The notes: a model not told the origin generated them from the letters alone. A DNA stretch of 64,000 nucleotides from Streptosporangiales bacterium (GCA_009379825.1 WHTA01000006.1:65858-129857); one strand, 5' to 3'. Counted from the stretch's first letter, positions 28,342-40,102 are shown. Made by a program: numbers and translations.

Positions 28342-29654
28342 CTACGCCTCCGCCTCTTTCTGCGCCTTCGCCAGCGTCGCCTTGACGTCCTGCCCCTGCA
28401 GCACCCTCGATTGCGCACGTTGCAGCGCCGACGCGACCTTGTAGTAGTCGGTAGACCTGAACTGGTACCTGCCGTACTCGTAGTCCTCGAGCGATACGGC
28501 GAACGTCGGGGAGGTCCCCGTGCGGTAGTCGTTGATGCTCTTGCCGCCCGCTACCTCGAGCTTGCGTGCCTGCGGGTACCGCACCTCGTCCCACCAGAGC
28601 TTGCCCTGTTTGGTGAGGAAGTCCACGAACTTCCACGCGGCCTGCTGCTTCTTGTCGTCGGCGTTCGCGTTCACGAACCAGGCCCACGAGTACACGGTCG
28701 TCACCCGTTCTCCGCCTTCCATCACGGGCAGCGGGGCGGCCCGGTACTCGGCGTCCGGGTTGGTGTCCTCGATGAGCGACGGCTGGTACGGCCCGCTGAC
28801 GTTCATGGAGAGCCGGTCCTCGGCGAAGTACTGCACCACGTTGTTCGGTGTGTAGAAGGCGGGATCGATGGCCTGATGTTCGAAGCGCAGGTCCCGCAGG
28901 AACTCCATCACCTGCACCACTTCGGGTGAGGTGAACAACGGCTTGCCCGCCTTCTCGTCGTAGATCTCGCCGCCGAGTTGACGCACCAGCGGCTCCAGGA
29001 CGAGGACCGACCAGATGTTGACGTTCAACTCCCACTGCAGCCCGTTACGGGTGCGCTTGCCGCCCTTCTTCTCGACGGTCTTACCCGCGTACTCAGCGAG
29101 CTGGTGCCAGCTCACCGGATCGTCCTTCGACAGCGTCTTCGGCAGGTTCGCCCCGACCAGGTGCTGTGGGTGGTAGAAGAGGCTCAGCACCTCGTACTCG
29201 GAGACACCACCGCTGTAGACGTCGGCGCCTTGACGAACGGGTCAAGCGCACCTTCGTCGAACAGCGCGAGGAACTCGTCCTTGTCCTTGACCCCGAACGC
29301 CGCGTAATCGACGGGCGCGATCACGTTGTTCTCCATGAACTGCGGGACCAACCAGTCGCCGGCCCAGAAGACGTCAGGTCCGGTACCGCCGGCGAGCGCG
29401 GTGAACAACTTCTGCTCGTAGTTGGCGTGCGGCACGTAGTCGTACGTGATGGTGATGCCTGGGTTCTTCTTCTGGAACTCCTTGATCAACCTCTTGTTCA
29501 CGCCGATCGCCGGGTCGTACTGGTGTGTCCAGTAGGTCAGCGATGCTTCACCTGAACCGCCACTGCCGCACGCGGAGAGCAACGGAGCCGCCGCGGCAAG
29601 AGATGCACCCGCGCCCACCGTTCGCAGGAAGCTGCGCCGGGTCGGGCGACGCAT
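28342..29654 (-). pseudogene. ABC transporter sugar-binding lipoprotein, interrupted by a 1-nt frameshift
   Basis: N-terminal MRRPTRRSFLRTVGAGASLAAAAPLLSACGS (Tat-like signal plus lipobox). The two halves are in different frames. The minus-strand GTCAAGGCGCC near 29227-29230 would restore the frame if it read GTCAAGGGCGCC. Length is 1313 nt (3n+2). Confidence 0.75.
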
Positions 29655-29695
29655 GGCCGTACTCGGGGATTGCCGACTGGTCGATGACACGACTC

Positions 29696-30847
29696 TCACT
29701 CCTTCGTAAGCTGCCGGACGACCGGACTCTCGTCCGCAGAGAGGTTGGTCGCGCAGTCGTGGATCTGCGCGGTCAGACGCTGGTGCCAGCCCACGTCGCG
29801 CCACATGCCGGCGAACTGCGGGCCACAGAAGTTGCTGGTCGCGAGCGCGGCCCACCGACCGGTCGCCAGCGCGGTCGTCAGGCCGTGCTCGCAGAGCTCC
29901 TTGACCCAGCCCCAGTCGAGTCCCGGCCAGTCCTTGTAGTTGACGATCGCCCAGCACTCGGTGGTGATCAGCGGCTTCGCGACATGCCTGGACCAGTCGG
30001 CTGCGCGGCGGATGTGCCCGTCCAACCGGGCCTGCCAGTGCTCCGGGTCGCTGCGGTACAGCGCCTCGCCACGCGCGGCCAGGCGGCTGTAGTGCGCCGG
30101 GTCGAACCGGTCCGGGCCGAGTCCGTAGTCGAGCCGCCGGTAGAAGTCGCTGCACTCTTCTTGCACCATCCACAGGTGCGGCTCGAGGAAGTCGAGGCAA
30201 TCGACGTCCTGTTGTGCGTAGCTGTCGAACTCGTTGCAGAACGAGAAGCAGTACGGCACGCCCGGATGCCGTGCACGCACGGTCGCGATCGACTCCGCCA
30301 TCCAGCGCACGACCTCGGGGTCGGTCCTGGACGCCGGTTCGCCCTCTTCCGTGCCGTAGAGGAACGGTGTCCACAGCGGCAACGGGTACTCGTTGCAGAG
30401 GTCCGCGTAGAGCACGTGCCCCATCAGGCCGTCCGCGGCGATGCCGTCCAGCGTGCGTACCCACATCTCGCCCAGTCGCCGCGGGTTCGCAATGGTCATC
30501 CGCGCTGCGCTGCGGTCGTCGCGGAACCAGGACGACAGTGCGACCGCGATGCCGCGCTGCGCACAGGCTGCGATGAACTCGTTCAACGCCGGTTGCACCC
30601 GCACCCGGAGCCGGTCAGGTGCACCCCAGGCGTGCTGGGTCCACACCGGGCGCAACTCCCACTCCCGCTGCGGGTCGATGCCCACCAGGTGCGGGTACGC
30701 GTCTATACGAACCGCGTCGTAGCCACGCTCGGCGAGACCGTCGAGCGCTGCTCCCCAGTCCTCGTAACCGCCGCCGGACCAGCGGCGTTCGAGCCAGGAG
30801 AAGTCCCACATCGCGATGGCGAGCGGGCGGCTGCCGCTGGTCAACAC
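29696..30847 (-). CDS. cellulase-like (GH5-related TIM-barrel) family protein
   Basis: A 383-aa cytoplasmic protein: AMWDFSWLERRW..., DAVRIDAYPHL, YADLCNEYP (NE acid/base-like) and ITTECWAI (nucleophile-like Glu). Assignment is from pattern recall. Confidence 0.55.
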   Translation of the reverse strand: MLTSGSRPLAIAMWDFSWLERRWSGGGYEDWGAALDGLAERGYDAVRIDAYPHLVGIDPQREWELRPVWTQHAWGAPDRLRVRVQPALNEFIAACAQRGIAVALSSWFRDDRSAARMTIANPRRLGEMWVRTLDGIAADGLMGHVLYADLCNEYPLPLWTPFLYGTEEGEPASRTDPEVVRWMAESIATVRARHPGVPYCFSFCNEFDSYAQQDVDCLDFLEPHLWMVQEECSDFYRRLDYGLGPDRFDPAHYSRLAARGEALYRSDPEHWQARLDGHIRRAADWSRHVAKPLITTECWAIVNYKDWPGLDWGWVKELCEHGLTTALATGRWAALATSNFCGPQFAGMWRDVGWHQRLTAQIHDCATNLSADESPVVRQLTKE

Positions 30848-30994
30848 CGTTAGTCACCTGCGCACTTTCGGTGTCTACGGGTCTCTGGATAGAGTGGTCT
30901 GACTGGTCATACCGCTCATACCGCACTACTGTGCACTTAGCGCGGCAAGGCGTCAAGCCTCGGCGAACGGGTATACACGGAAGGACGGGGTGGC

Positions 30995-31813
30995 ATGGCG
31001 GCGCAGATCGATGTCCCACGGCAGGCGCTGTTGGAGCGCCTGACGAACGAGCTCCTGGACGGTGGCACCGAGCCGGGCGCCAAGCTGCCGTCCGAGCGAC
31101 AGCTCGCCGAACGCTTCCACATCTCCCGGCCGGTCGTCCGCGAGGTGCTCAGGGAGCTGCAGGAGCGCGGGCTCGTCGAGATCTCCCCCGGCCGCGGCAC
31201 GTTCGTCCGCGCCGTTGGCGCACTGGACGCCGGCCGCCTGGTCGAAGTGCTCTACCGCCGCGGGCAGACCACGCCGCGGCAGCTCGTCGAGGCACGCACC
31301 ATGCTGGAGGGCCAGGCCGCGGCGCTGGCCGCCGAGCGCGCCACCGACGACGACGTCGCGGCGATGGGGCGTGCGCTGGAAGGGTTCGACCGGGCCACCG
31401 GCGTGATCGGCAGGGCGAAGGCGGACATCGCGTTCCACGCGCTCCTCGCCCGGGCTTCGCACAACCCGGTGCTCGACATCATGTTCGGTTCGATCTCCGG
31501 ACTCGTGTTCGAGCAGATGCTGCGCAGCCTGGACGATCCGCACGTCGCCGCAGAGGGGGTGCCGTACCACCGGCAGGTGCTCGCCGCGATCGAGAACAGG
31601 GATGCGGCCGCGGCCGGCGCGGCGATGACCGAACACCTGACGCTCGCGCTCCGCACGTACGGCAGCGACCTCGACGAGTCGCTCGAACGCATCGCCATGC
31701 GCAAGGTCGACGACCTGTTGGGCAAGGGCGCCTCGCTGCAGTCGGTGATCTCGTCGGCGCTCAGCCAGTTCACCGAGGACGCCGAGGAGCGGCTGATCGG
31801 CGGTGGGGCGTGA
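30995..31813 (+). CDS. GntR (FadR-subfamily) transcriptional regulator
   Basis: LPSERQLAERFHISRPVVREVLRELQERGLVEISPGRGTFV winged HTH, plus an FCD-like C-terminal domain. Confidence 0.85.
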   Translation: MAAQIDVPRQALLERLTNELLDGGTEPGAKLPSERQLAERFHISRPVVREVLRELQERGLVEISPGRGTFVRAVGALDAGRLVEVLYRRGQTTPRQLVEARTMLEGQAAALAAERATDDDVAAMGRALEGFDRATGVIGRAKADIAFHALLARASHNPVLDIMFGSISGLVFEQMLRSLDDPHVAAEGVPYHRQVLAAIENRDAAAAGAAMTEHLTLALRTYGSDLDESLERIAMRKVDDLLGKGASLQSVISSALSQFTEDAEERLIGGGA

Positions 31814-33012
31814 TCATCGATCGCGTCGACACGGTGCGTGTCGGCGAGTTCCCCAACCTGCTGTTCGTGCAGGTGTTCACCGACGACGGCCTGGTCGGAC
31901 TCGGGGAGACGTTCTACGGTGCGGCCGCGGTGGCCACGCACATCCACGACGCCGTCGCGCCGAAGCTGCTCGGCGAGGATTCGCGGCAGATCGAGCACCT
32001 CAACGGGGCGCTGGCCGGCTACGTCGGCTTCGCTGGCACGGGTGTGGAGACCCGTGCGCGGTCCGCGGTCGACATCGCGCTGTGGGACCTACTCGGGAAC
32101 GCCTCCGGGCTACCTGTGCACGACCTGCTCGGTGGCCGCACCCGCGAACGCATCCGGCTCTACAACACCTGCGCCGGCACCCGCTACATCAGGCAGCACA
32201 CCGGCCAGAACGTCGCCAACTGGGGCGTCGAAGAACAGCCCACCGGGCCGTACGAAGACCTGTACGCCTTCCTGCACGACGCCGGAAAGCTTGCCACCGA
32301 CCTGCTCTCGTCCGGCATCAACGGCATGAAGATCTGGCCGTTCGACCCGTACGCGGAGGCCAGCCGGGGCACCCACCTGAGCCCGGACGAGCTGCGCCGG
32401 GCCACCGAGCCGTTCCGGCTGATCCGCGACGCGGTCGGCGACGCGATGGACGTCATGGTCGAACTGCACGGTCTGTGGAACGTGCCCGCAGCGCAGCGGA
32501 TCGCGGCGGCCCTGCAGCCGTATCAGCCGTCCTGGCTGGAGGACCCGGTGCGTGCCGACCTGGTCGACGGCCTGGCGGCGGTCAGCCGGCGGACCGACAT
32601 CCCGATCGCTGCGGGCGAGACACTCGCCGGTCGCGCTGCCTTCCTCCCGCTGCTGGCCGAGCAGGCACTCGGCGTCGTCACCGTCGACCTCACCTGGACC
32701 GGCGGCCTCACCGAGGCGCGCAAGATCGCGACCCTGGCGGACACCTACGGCGTGCCCGTGGCCCCGCACGACTGCACGGGTCCGGTCGCCTTGACCGCGT
32801 GCACGCACCTGTCCACCTCCGCACCCAACGCGCTGGTGCAGGAGTTCGTACGGGCGGCGTACTACGGCTGGTACGGCGACCTGGTCACGGCGCTGCCGAC
32901 GGTCGCCGACGGCACCATCGCGCCACCGCAGGGCGCCGGCCTCGGTACCGCACTGCGCCCGGACCTCGACGACCGCCAGGACGTCGAGCGCCGGACCACG
33001 ACCCGCGACTGA
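31810..33012 (+). CDS. enolase-superfamily enzyme (mandelate racemase/muconate lactonizing family, sugar-acid dehydratase-like)
   Basis: GLVGLGETF, AVDIALWDLLG, MVELHG, LEDP and APHDCTGP motifs. GTG 31810 overlaps the GntR stop (GTGA). Confidence 0.8.
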   Translation: MIIDRVDTVRVGEFPNLLFVQVFTDDGLVGLGETFYGAAAVATHIHDAVAPKLLGEDSRQIEHLNGALAGYVGFAGTGVETRARSAVDIALWDLLGNASGLPVHDLLGGRTRERIRLYNTCAGTRYIRQHTGQNVANWGVEEQPTGPYEDLYAFLHDAGKLATDLLSSGINGMKIWPFDPYAEASRGTHLSPDELRRATEPFRLIRDAVGDAMDVMVELHGLWNVPAAQRIAAALQPYQPSWLEDPVRADLVDGLAAVSRRTDIPIAAGETLAGRAAFLPLLAEQALGVVTVDLTWTGGLTEARKIATLADTYGVPVAPHDCTGPVALTACTHLSTSAPNALVQEFVRAAYYGWYGDLVTALPTVADGTIAPPQGAGLGTALRPDLDDRQDVERRTTTRD

Positions 33013-33022
33013 CCGAGCTCCG

Positions 33023-34267
33023 CTAGCTGTGCGCCGCGGCGGCTGCGATGTCCGTGCGGTGCTGGCTGCCGCGGATGCGGACGTGGCCAAGTGCCTGGTA
33101 CGCCGTCTGTCGGGCGGCCGCCACCGTCGGGCCGGTGCCGATCACGTCGAGCACCCTGCCGCCTGCGGTGACCAGCGCGTCGCCGGTGCGCTTGGTGCCG
33201 GCATGCAGGACGTACGCTCCTGGCACCGCCGCCGCCTCGGCCAGGCCCTCGATCGGGTCGCCCTTCACCGGCGCGGCCGGGTAGTGCTCCGCGGCGACGA
33301 CGACGGTCACCGCCGCGGCGCCTGACCAGGCCGGTGCCGGCACGGCGGCGAGGTCGCCGACGGCCGCGGCATGCAGCAACGGCAGGAGCGGCGACTGCAG
33401 CCGCGCGAGCACGACCAACCCGTCCGGGTCGCCGAGCCGACAGTTGAACTCCACCACCCGCAGGCCACGGCTGGTGGCGGCCAACCCGGCGTAGAGCATG
33501 CCGGCGAACGGCGTGCCGCGGCGGCGCATCTCGTCCACGGTCGGCTGCACGACCTGCGCAAGCACCTGGTCAACCAGGTCGGGCGGCGCCCACGGCAGCG
33601 GCGAGTACGCGCCCATGCCACCGGTGTTCGGCCCGTCGTCGCCGTCGTACGCGCGTTTGAAGTCCTGCGCCGGCTGCAGCGGCACCACGGTCGTGCCGTC
33701 GGTGACGGCGAACACGGACAGCTCGGGGCCGTCGAGGTACTCCTCGACCACCACCTTGCCGGCAGCGGAGGCGTGCGCGACGGCGGCGGCCCGGTCTGGC
33801 GTGACGAGCACGCCCTTGCCGCCGGCCAACCCGTCCTGCTTCACCACGTACGGCGCGCCGAACGCGTCCAGCGCCTTCTCCACCTCGGCCGGCGACTCGC
33901 AGGTGTGCGCGGCAGCGGTCGGCACCCCGGCCGCCGACATCACGTCCTTGGCGAACGCCTTTGAGCCCTCCAGCTGCGCGGCGGCGGCCGTCGGGCCGAA
34001 GCAGGCGATGCCCGCCTCCGTCAGCGCGTCCGCGAGCCCGGCGACCAACGGCGCCTCCGGGCCGACGACGACCAGGTCGACGCCCAGCCGGCGCGCGAGG
34101 TCCACCACCGCGGCGACATCGTCGACCGCGACCGCATGTACCTCCGCCTGCGCCTCCATGCCGGGGTTGCCTGGCGCCGCGTACTGCTGCGTGACGCCGC
34201 CATCCGCGGCGAGCGCGCGGACGAACGCGTGCTCGCGACCGCCGCTGCCTACGACCAAGACCTTCAC
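33023..34267 (-). CDS. purD: phosphoribosylamine--glycine ligase
   Basis: MKVLVVGSGGREHA, the ATP-grasp motif LAGGKGV and EFNCRLGDP. Confidence 0.95.
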   Translation of the reverse strand: MKVLVVGSGGREHAFVRALAADGGVTQQYAAPGNPGMEAQAEVHAVAVDDVAAVVDLARRLGVDLVVVGPEAPLVAGLADALTEAGIACFGPTAAAAQLEGSKAFAKDVMSAAGVPTAAAHTCESPAEVEKALDAFGAPYVVKQDGLAGGKGVLVTPDRAAAVAHASAAGKVVVEEYLDGPELSVFAVTDGTTVVPLQPAQDFKRAYDGDDGPNTGGMGAYSPLPWAPPDLVDQVLAQVVQPTVDEMRRRGTPFAGMLYAGLAATSRGLRVVEFNCRLGDPDGLVVLARLQSPLLPLLHAAAVGDLAAVPAPAWSGAAAVTVVVAAEHYPAAPVKGDPIEGLAEAAAVPGAYVLHAGTKRTGDALVTAGGRVLDVIGTGPTVAAARQTAYQALGHVRIRGSQHRTDIAAAAAHS

Positions 34268-34325
34268 GACCGGCGAGCCTACTCAGGGTGGGCGCCCTGG
34301 AACTCAGTGGGGACCAGCCGTAGGG

Positions 34326-34925
34326 CTACTGTTCGAGCTCCTCGGGCTCGGCGCGGTGCACGGTGATCGAGCCGAGCAGCGCCACCGCCTTGATGTCAAT
34401 CCGTGGACCGTCGGCTGGTCCCGGCTCCCTGGTGGGGCTGAGCGCGCCGAGCAGCGGCATACCCGTCAGGTTCACCCTGGCGTTCGCCGGCACGACGATG
34501 TCTACCGAACCCATGATCGCCTGCGCAGAGATCTGCACGCCTCCCTCGTCGACCGTCGCGTACGACAGGTCGATGCGCGCGCTGCCGAAGAAACCGACGC
34601 CTGACATCCGCCCCCGCACCCGGCCGGTCGGCCGCACCATGGTGGACGCGAGGATCGCGACCTGCGGGGCCACCCGCTCGACCGGCACCGCGTCCGCGGA
34701 CCGCCGGCGCTCGACGTCGCGCCCCACGGTGCCCAGGTCGGCGGTCAGCGGCGTCAGCTCTGCGTGCGTCTTGGTGGCGTAGAGCCGGTCGATGCGCTCC
34801 TTGTGTTCGTCAACGGCCAGCCGGCCGTCGGCGAGCGCCTCGTTGAGCAGCTCGGCGACGCGTTCGCGGTCGGCGTCCGAGGCGCGGGCCGGCGGTGCAG
34901 GGTGATCGTCGGACATGTCCTGCAC
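34326..34925 (-). CDS. DUF1707 (SHOCT-like) domain protein with a C-terminal beta-rich domain
   Basis: ASDADRERVAELLNEALADGRLAVDEHKERIDRLYATKTHAEL is the DUF1707 signature. Confidence 0.7.
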   Translation of the reverse strand: MQDMSDDHPAPPARASDADRERVAELLNEALADGRLAVDEHKERIDRLYATKTHAELTPLTADLGTVGRDVERRRSADAVPVERVAPQVAILASTMVRPTGRVRGRMSGVGFFGSARIDLSYATVDEGGVQISAQAIMGSVDIVVPANARVNLTGMPLLGALSPTREPGPADGPRIDIKAVALLGSITVHRAEPEELEQ

Positions 34926-34934
34926 CCTACGACC

Positions 34935-36218
34935 TCAGTGCAGGTCGCGGAGCTGGACGACCGCGTCGCGGGAGGCACCGACGCCGACGCCGGACACCGA
35001 CACCCCGGTGAACTCCTCCACCGTGCGCACGTACGCCTGCGCCTCGGCCGGCAGATCGGCGAACGACCTGGCACCGGTGATGTCGCTGCACCAGCCGTCG
35101 AGGTACTCGTACACCGGCGTCGCGTGGTGGAAACCGGTCTGCGTGAGCGGCATGTCGTCGAGCCGCTCGCCGTCGACCTCGTAGCCGACACACACGGGGA
35201 TCTTGTCGAACGTGTCGAGCACGTCGAGCTTGGTGATGAACAGGTCGGTGAGCGCGTTGACCCGCGCCGCGTAGCGCAGCACCACCAGGTCGAGCCAGCC
35301 GCAGCGGCGCGGCCGGCCGGTCGTGGTGCCGTACTCGTGGCCGAGATCGCGCAGCCGCTCGCCACTGTCGTCGAGCAGCTCGGTAGGGAACGGCCCCTCA
35401 CCCACCCGCGACGTGTACGCCTTCGCGACTGCGACCACCCGGTCGATGCGGGTCGGACCGATACCCGAGCCGGCACACGCACCGCCGGCCGTCGTGCTCG
35501 ACGAGGTGACGAACGGGTACGTGCCGTGGTCGACGTCGAGCATGGTCGCCTGGCCCGCCTCGAGCAGCACCGTCCTGCCGGCGTCGAGCGCCTGGTCGAG
35601 CAGCAGCGAGGTGTCGGCGACCATCGGGCGCAGCCGGTCGGCGTGCGCGAGTAGCTCGTCGACCACCTCGTCCACGTCCACGGCGCGCCTGTTGTAGACC
35701 TTCACCAGCAGGTGGTTCTTCTGCTCCAGGGCGCCTTCGACCTTCTGCCTGAGGATCTTCTCGTCGAACAGGTCCTGCACCCGGATGCCGACGCGGTTCA
35801 TCTTGTCCGCGTAGGTAGGGCCGATGCCGCGGCCGGTCGTGCCGATCTTGCGGTTGCCGAGGAAGCGCTCGGTCACCTTGTCGACCGTCTGGTTGTACGA
35901 GGCGATGACGTGTGCGTTCGCGCTCACCACGAGCGCGGATGGGTCGACGCCGCGCGCGACGAGCGCGTCGATCTCCTCGAACAGCACGTTCAGGTCGATG
36001 ACGACGCCGTTGCCGATCACGGGAACCACGCCGGGCGTGAGGATTCCGCTGGGCAGCAGGTGCAGGGCGTACGTCTCGTCGCCGATGACCACCGTATGGC
36101 CGGCGTTGTTGCCACCGTTGAACTTCACCACGTAGTCGACGGCGCTGCCGAGGGTGTCGGTGACCTTGCCCTTGCCCTCGTCACCCCATTGGGCACCGAG
36201 CAGCACGATCGCAGGCAT
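34935..36218 (-). CDS. purA: adenylosuccinate synthase
   Basis: [28 protein letters not shown] and [12 protein letters not shown]. Start ATG 36218. Confidence 0.95.
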   Translation of the reverse strand: MPAIVLLGAQWGDEGKGKVTDTLGSAVDYVVKFNGGNNAGHTVVIGDETYALHLLPSGILTPGVVPVIGNGVVIDLNVLFEEIDALVARGVDPSALVVSANAHVIASYNQTVDKVTERFLGNRKIGTTGRGIGPTYADKMNRVGIRVQDLFDEKILRQKVEGALEQKNHLLVKVYNRRAVDVDEVVDELLAHADRLRPMVADTSLLLDQALDAGRTVLLEAGQATMLDVDHGTYPFVTSSSTTAGGACAGSGIGPTRIDRVVAVAKAYTSRVGEGPFPTELLDDSGERLRDLGHEYGTTTGRPRRCGWLDLVVLRYAARVNALTDLFITKLDVLDTFDKIPVCVGYEVDGERLDDMPLTQTGFHHATPVYEYLDGWCSDITGARSFADLPAEAQAYVRTVEEFTGVSVSGVGVGASRDAVVQLRDLH

Positions 36219-36252
36219 CAGGCACGCACCTCTGTCACCGCTGTAACGGCGT

Positions 36253-36672
36253 TCACTGGCCGAGTGTCTCGGCAGCCGTGCGGCTGCTCTCGCGGAGGAA
36301 CGTCGCGCAGCGCTGCGCCTCTTCGTCCTCCCCGATCGCCGCGGCCGCCCGGGCAAGTGCATGCAGAGCCCGCAGAAAGCCGCGGTTCGGTTCGTGTTCC
36401 CACGGAACTGGACCATGCCCGTGCCAGCCCGCTCGCCGCAACTGATCGAGCCCGCGGTGGTACCCGGTGCGTGCATATGAGTACGAAGCGACGACATCGC
36501 CAGCCTCGTACGCCCGGTCGGCGAGCGTGGCCCAGACCAGCGACGAGGACGGGAACGCCGGCACGACCTCGGCCGGATCAGCCGCTGCGGCCAGCGCGGC
36601 ACGCTCGTCGGCGTCGTCGGGCAGCTGCGTCGGGGGCGGGGAGGCGAGCAGGTTCTCGCGTGGCTCGGTCAT
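36253..36672 (-). CDS. DUF3151 family protein
   Basis: A 139-aa protein between fbaA and purA. The [18 protein letters not shown] pattern matches my recollection of DUF3151. Confidence 0.7.
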   Translation of the reverse strand: MTEPRENLLASPPPTQLPDDADERAALAAAADPAEVVPAFPSSSLVWATLADRAYEAGDVVASYSYARTGYHRGLDQLRRAGWHGHGPVPWEHEPNRGFLRALHALARAAAAIGEDEEAQRCATFLRESSRTAAETLGQ

Positions 36673-36688
36673 CGGTGGCTCCCGCCGC

Positions 36689-37717
<1,029 letters not shown>

Positions 37718-37882
37718 CGTCCGCACACTCCTCGCCAGACCATGGGATTCGACGTCCAGTCTCTCAACCCCAGCCGGTCGCGTCATCACCTGCCCCCGGT
37801 GCGACGGGCCCGCGTTCTCCCTGGGCACACCAGCCGCCGCCCGACCGCCGGAAAACCGCCGTGGCCGGGTAGCGTGAGCGGG

Positions 37883-38878
37883 ATGAAGTCGTCCGCGACC
37901 GGCCGGTCGTCGTCTTGGCCAACCCACCTGCTCAACGTCGTACGCGGTGCGCTGATCGGCACCGCGGAGACGGTCCCCGGCGTCAGCGGCGGCACCGTTG
38001 CACTCGTCGTGGGCGTCTACGACGCGGCCATCGACGGCGCCGGGCACCTGCTGTCGAGCGTGCGCTGCGCGATCGCCGACGTGCCGCGCGGCCGCGGCTG
38101 GGCCCGCGCGGGCGAACAGTTCCGGCTGATCCGGTGGCGGGTGATCATCCCGCTGGTCATCGGCATGTTCGCGGCGCTCGTCGTGATGGCCAGGTTCATG
38201 GAGACCTGGGTGCACGACTACCCGATCCAGACCCGCGGCCTGTTCTTCGGGCTCGTGCTCGCGTCGCTGTGGGTGCCGTACTCGCTGGCCGACCAGGCCG
38301 CACGGCTGCACGGCGACGACGGCTGGCGCTGGCGCGACGCCGTCGTCGCCCTCGTCGCGGCGGTCGCGGCGTACCTGGTCGTCAGCCTGCCGCCAGGCAA
38401 CCTGCAGCCGACGCCGGTCGTCATCGTCCTGGCCGCGGCGATCGCCATCTCAGCGCTGGTGCTGCCCGGCCTGTCCGGCTCGTTCCTGCTGCTCACACTC
38501 GGGCTCTACGCGCCGACGCTCGGCGCGGTCAACGACAGGGACCTCGGCTACCTCGGCCTCTTCGCGCTCGGCGCGGCCATCGGCCTCGGCTCGGTCGTGA
38601 AGGTCCTGCAGTGGCTGCTCGAGCACAGGCGCCGGGTGACGCTGGTGGTCCTGACCGGCGTGATGGCCGGCTGCCTGCGCGCGCTGTGGCCGTGGCAGGA
38701 CGGCGACCGGTCGCTGCTCGCGCCCGGCGACCACGTCCCCGCTGCGGCCGGACTGGCTGCGCTGGGCTTCGTGCTCGTGGTCGCCGTCATCCTGGTCGAA
38801 CGCCGGGTCGTCCGCCACCGGCAGCCGGAGCAGCCGGCGGCGGACAACGACGAGCAGCCGGCCGACACCTCCCGCTGA
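37883..38878 (+). CDS. DUF368 family polytopic membrane protein (family recently linked to undecaprenyl-phosphate recycling)
   Basis: GTAETVPGVSGGTVALVVGVY and a second LPGLSGSFLLL repeat are the DUF368 hallmarks. ATG 37883 is the estimated start. Confidence 0.8.
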   Translation: MKSSATGRSSSWPTHLLNVVRGALIGTAETVPGVSGGTVALVVGVYDAAIDGAGHLLSSVRCAIADVPRGRGWARAGEQFRLIRWRVIIPLVIGMFAALVVMARFMETWVHDYPIQTRGLFFGLVLASLWVPYSLADQAARLHGDDGWRWRDAVVALVAAVAAYLVVSLPPGNLQPTPVVIVLAAAIAISALVLPGLSGSFLLLTLGLYAPTLGAVNDRDLGYLGLFALGAAIGLGSVVKVLQWLLEHRRRVTLVVLTGVMAGCLRALWPWQDGDRSLLAPGDHVPAAAGLAALGFVLVVAVILVERRVVRHRQPEQPAADNDEQPADTSR

Positions 38879-38884
38879 CGCAGC

Positions 38885-40102
38885 TCAGCGACCGGTGGCC
38901 GCGATGTCCCTGACGCCGGCGAGCAACCGGTCCACGTCCTCCTCGTTGGTGTACGGCGCGATGCCGGCGCGCACGCCGCCGGCCTCGCCGAGGCCGAGCC
39001 GCTCGGCGCACTCGAGCGCGTAGAAGCTGCCCGCCGGCGCGTTGACGCCGCGCTGAGCGAGCAGGTGGTGCACCCGGGCACCGTCCACCCCGGCCACGGT
39101 GAACAGCTCCGTCGGCGTGCGTCGGGCGGCGTGCCCGTACGTCCGCACGCCGTCGATGGCCGCCAGCCCTTCGGCGAGCCTGGCGGCGAGCCGCTGCTCG
39201 TGCTCCTCCAGCACGGTCACCGACCTGGTCAGCCTGGCCCTGCGGTTGCCGTCGCCGCGCACCAGGCCGGCGAGGAAGTCGACCGCAGCCGTGGTGCCGG
39301 CGAGCAGCTCGTACGGCAGCGTGCCGAGCTCGAACCGTTCCGGCACCTCGTCGGTGGCGGGCCTGAGCTTGTCCGGGTGCAGCCGTTCCAGCGTCTGCGG
39401 GCTTGCGGCGAGCACACCCAGGTGCGGCCCGAGGAACTTGTACGGCGAGCAGGCGAAGAAGTCGGCGCCCATCGCGTCCATGTCGATGACCGCGTGCGGT
39501 GTCAGGTGCACGCCGTCGACGTACAGCAGGGCGGCGGCCTCGTGCACCGCACGGGCGAGCGCGAGGATGTCGGGTCGGGTGCCGATCAGGTTCGACGCGC
39601 CGGTGACGGCCACCACCCGGGTGCGCTCGGTCAGCAACGACGCGACGGCGTCGGTGCCGAGCTCGCCGGTGGCCGGGTCGAACTCCGCCCAGCGCACCTT
39701 GGCGTCGACGGTGTCCGCCGCCTGCACCCAGGGCCTGATGTTGGCGTCGTGGTCCAGGCTGGTCACCACGACCTCGTCCCCGGCGCGCCACTGCTTGGCC
39801 AGGGTGCGGGCGAAGTCGTACGTCAGCTGCGTCATGCTCCGGCCGAACACCACGCCCCGCGGCTCGGCGCCGAGCAGGTCGGCCATGGCGACCCTGGCGT
39901 CCCTGACCGCGTCGTCGGCGTGGCGCTCCGCCCTGGTCACCCGGCCGCGGTTGGCCACGCCACCGGCGAGCAGCTGCACCATCGCCTGCCCCACCTGTTC
40001 CGGCGCTTGTGAGCCGCCGGGTCCGTCGAAGTACGCAGTGTCGTCGCGCAGTGCCGGGAACCGCCCCCGCACCGCTGTCACGTCGAACTCAGCCACGCTC
40101 AC
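38885..40102 (-). CDS. cysteine desulfurase-like class V aminotransferase
   Basis: FDGPGGSQ, SLDHDAN, YVDGVH and SPYKFLGPHLG (PLP-Lys region). Confidence 0.8.
   Translation of the reverse strand: MSVAEFDVTAVRGRFPALRDDTAYFDGPGGSQAPEQVGQAMVQLLAGGVANRGRVTRAERHADDAVRDARVAMADLLGAEPRGVVFGRSMTQLTYDFARTLAKQWRAGDEVVVTSLDHDANIRPWVQAADTVDAKVRWAEFDPATGELGTDAVASLLTERTRVVAVTGASNLIGTRPDILALARAVHEAAALLYVDGVHLTPHAVIDMDAMGADFFACSPYKFLGPHLGVLAASPQTLERLHPDKLRPATDEVPERFELGTLPYELLAGTTAAVDFLAGLVRGDGNRRARLTRSVTVLEEHEQRLAARLAEGLAAIDGVRTYGHAARRTPTELFTVAGVDGARVHHLLAQRGVNAPAGSFYALECAERLGLGEAGGVRAGIAPYTNEEDVDRLLAGVRDIAATGR

Noticed and set aside
26565-29654. Lower G+C (about 57-60% in hand-counted 60-nt samples) in the ABC transporter genes, considered as evidence of horizontal transfer.
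   Set aside because: The flanking cellulase-like gene in the same operon is ~73% GC. The drop is plausibly an amino-acid composition effect of membrane and binding proteins (Ile, Phe, Tyr, Lys, Asn). It is not sufficient evidence on its own.
28334-30464. Extended ORFs 27410..29035 (-) and 29184..30464 (-), which suggest much longer permease and binding proteins.
   Set aside because: The recognisable proteins start at ATG 28333 (permease) and ATG 29654 (Tat/lipobox signal). The extra upstream codons are out-of-frame overlap with neighbouring genes.
30894-30924. Direct repeats TGGTC-tgac-TGGTC and a tandem TCATACCGC x2 in the GntR / cellulase-like divergent region, considered as the GntR operator.
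   Set aside because: FadR/GntR operators are normally palindromic. These are direct repeats only, and I cannot support a functional call without comparative or binding data.
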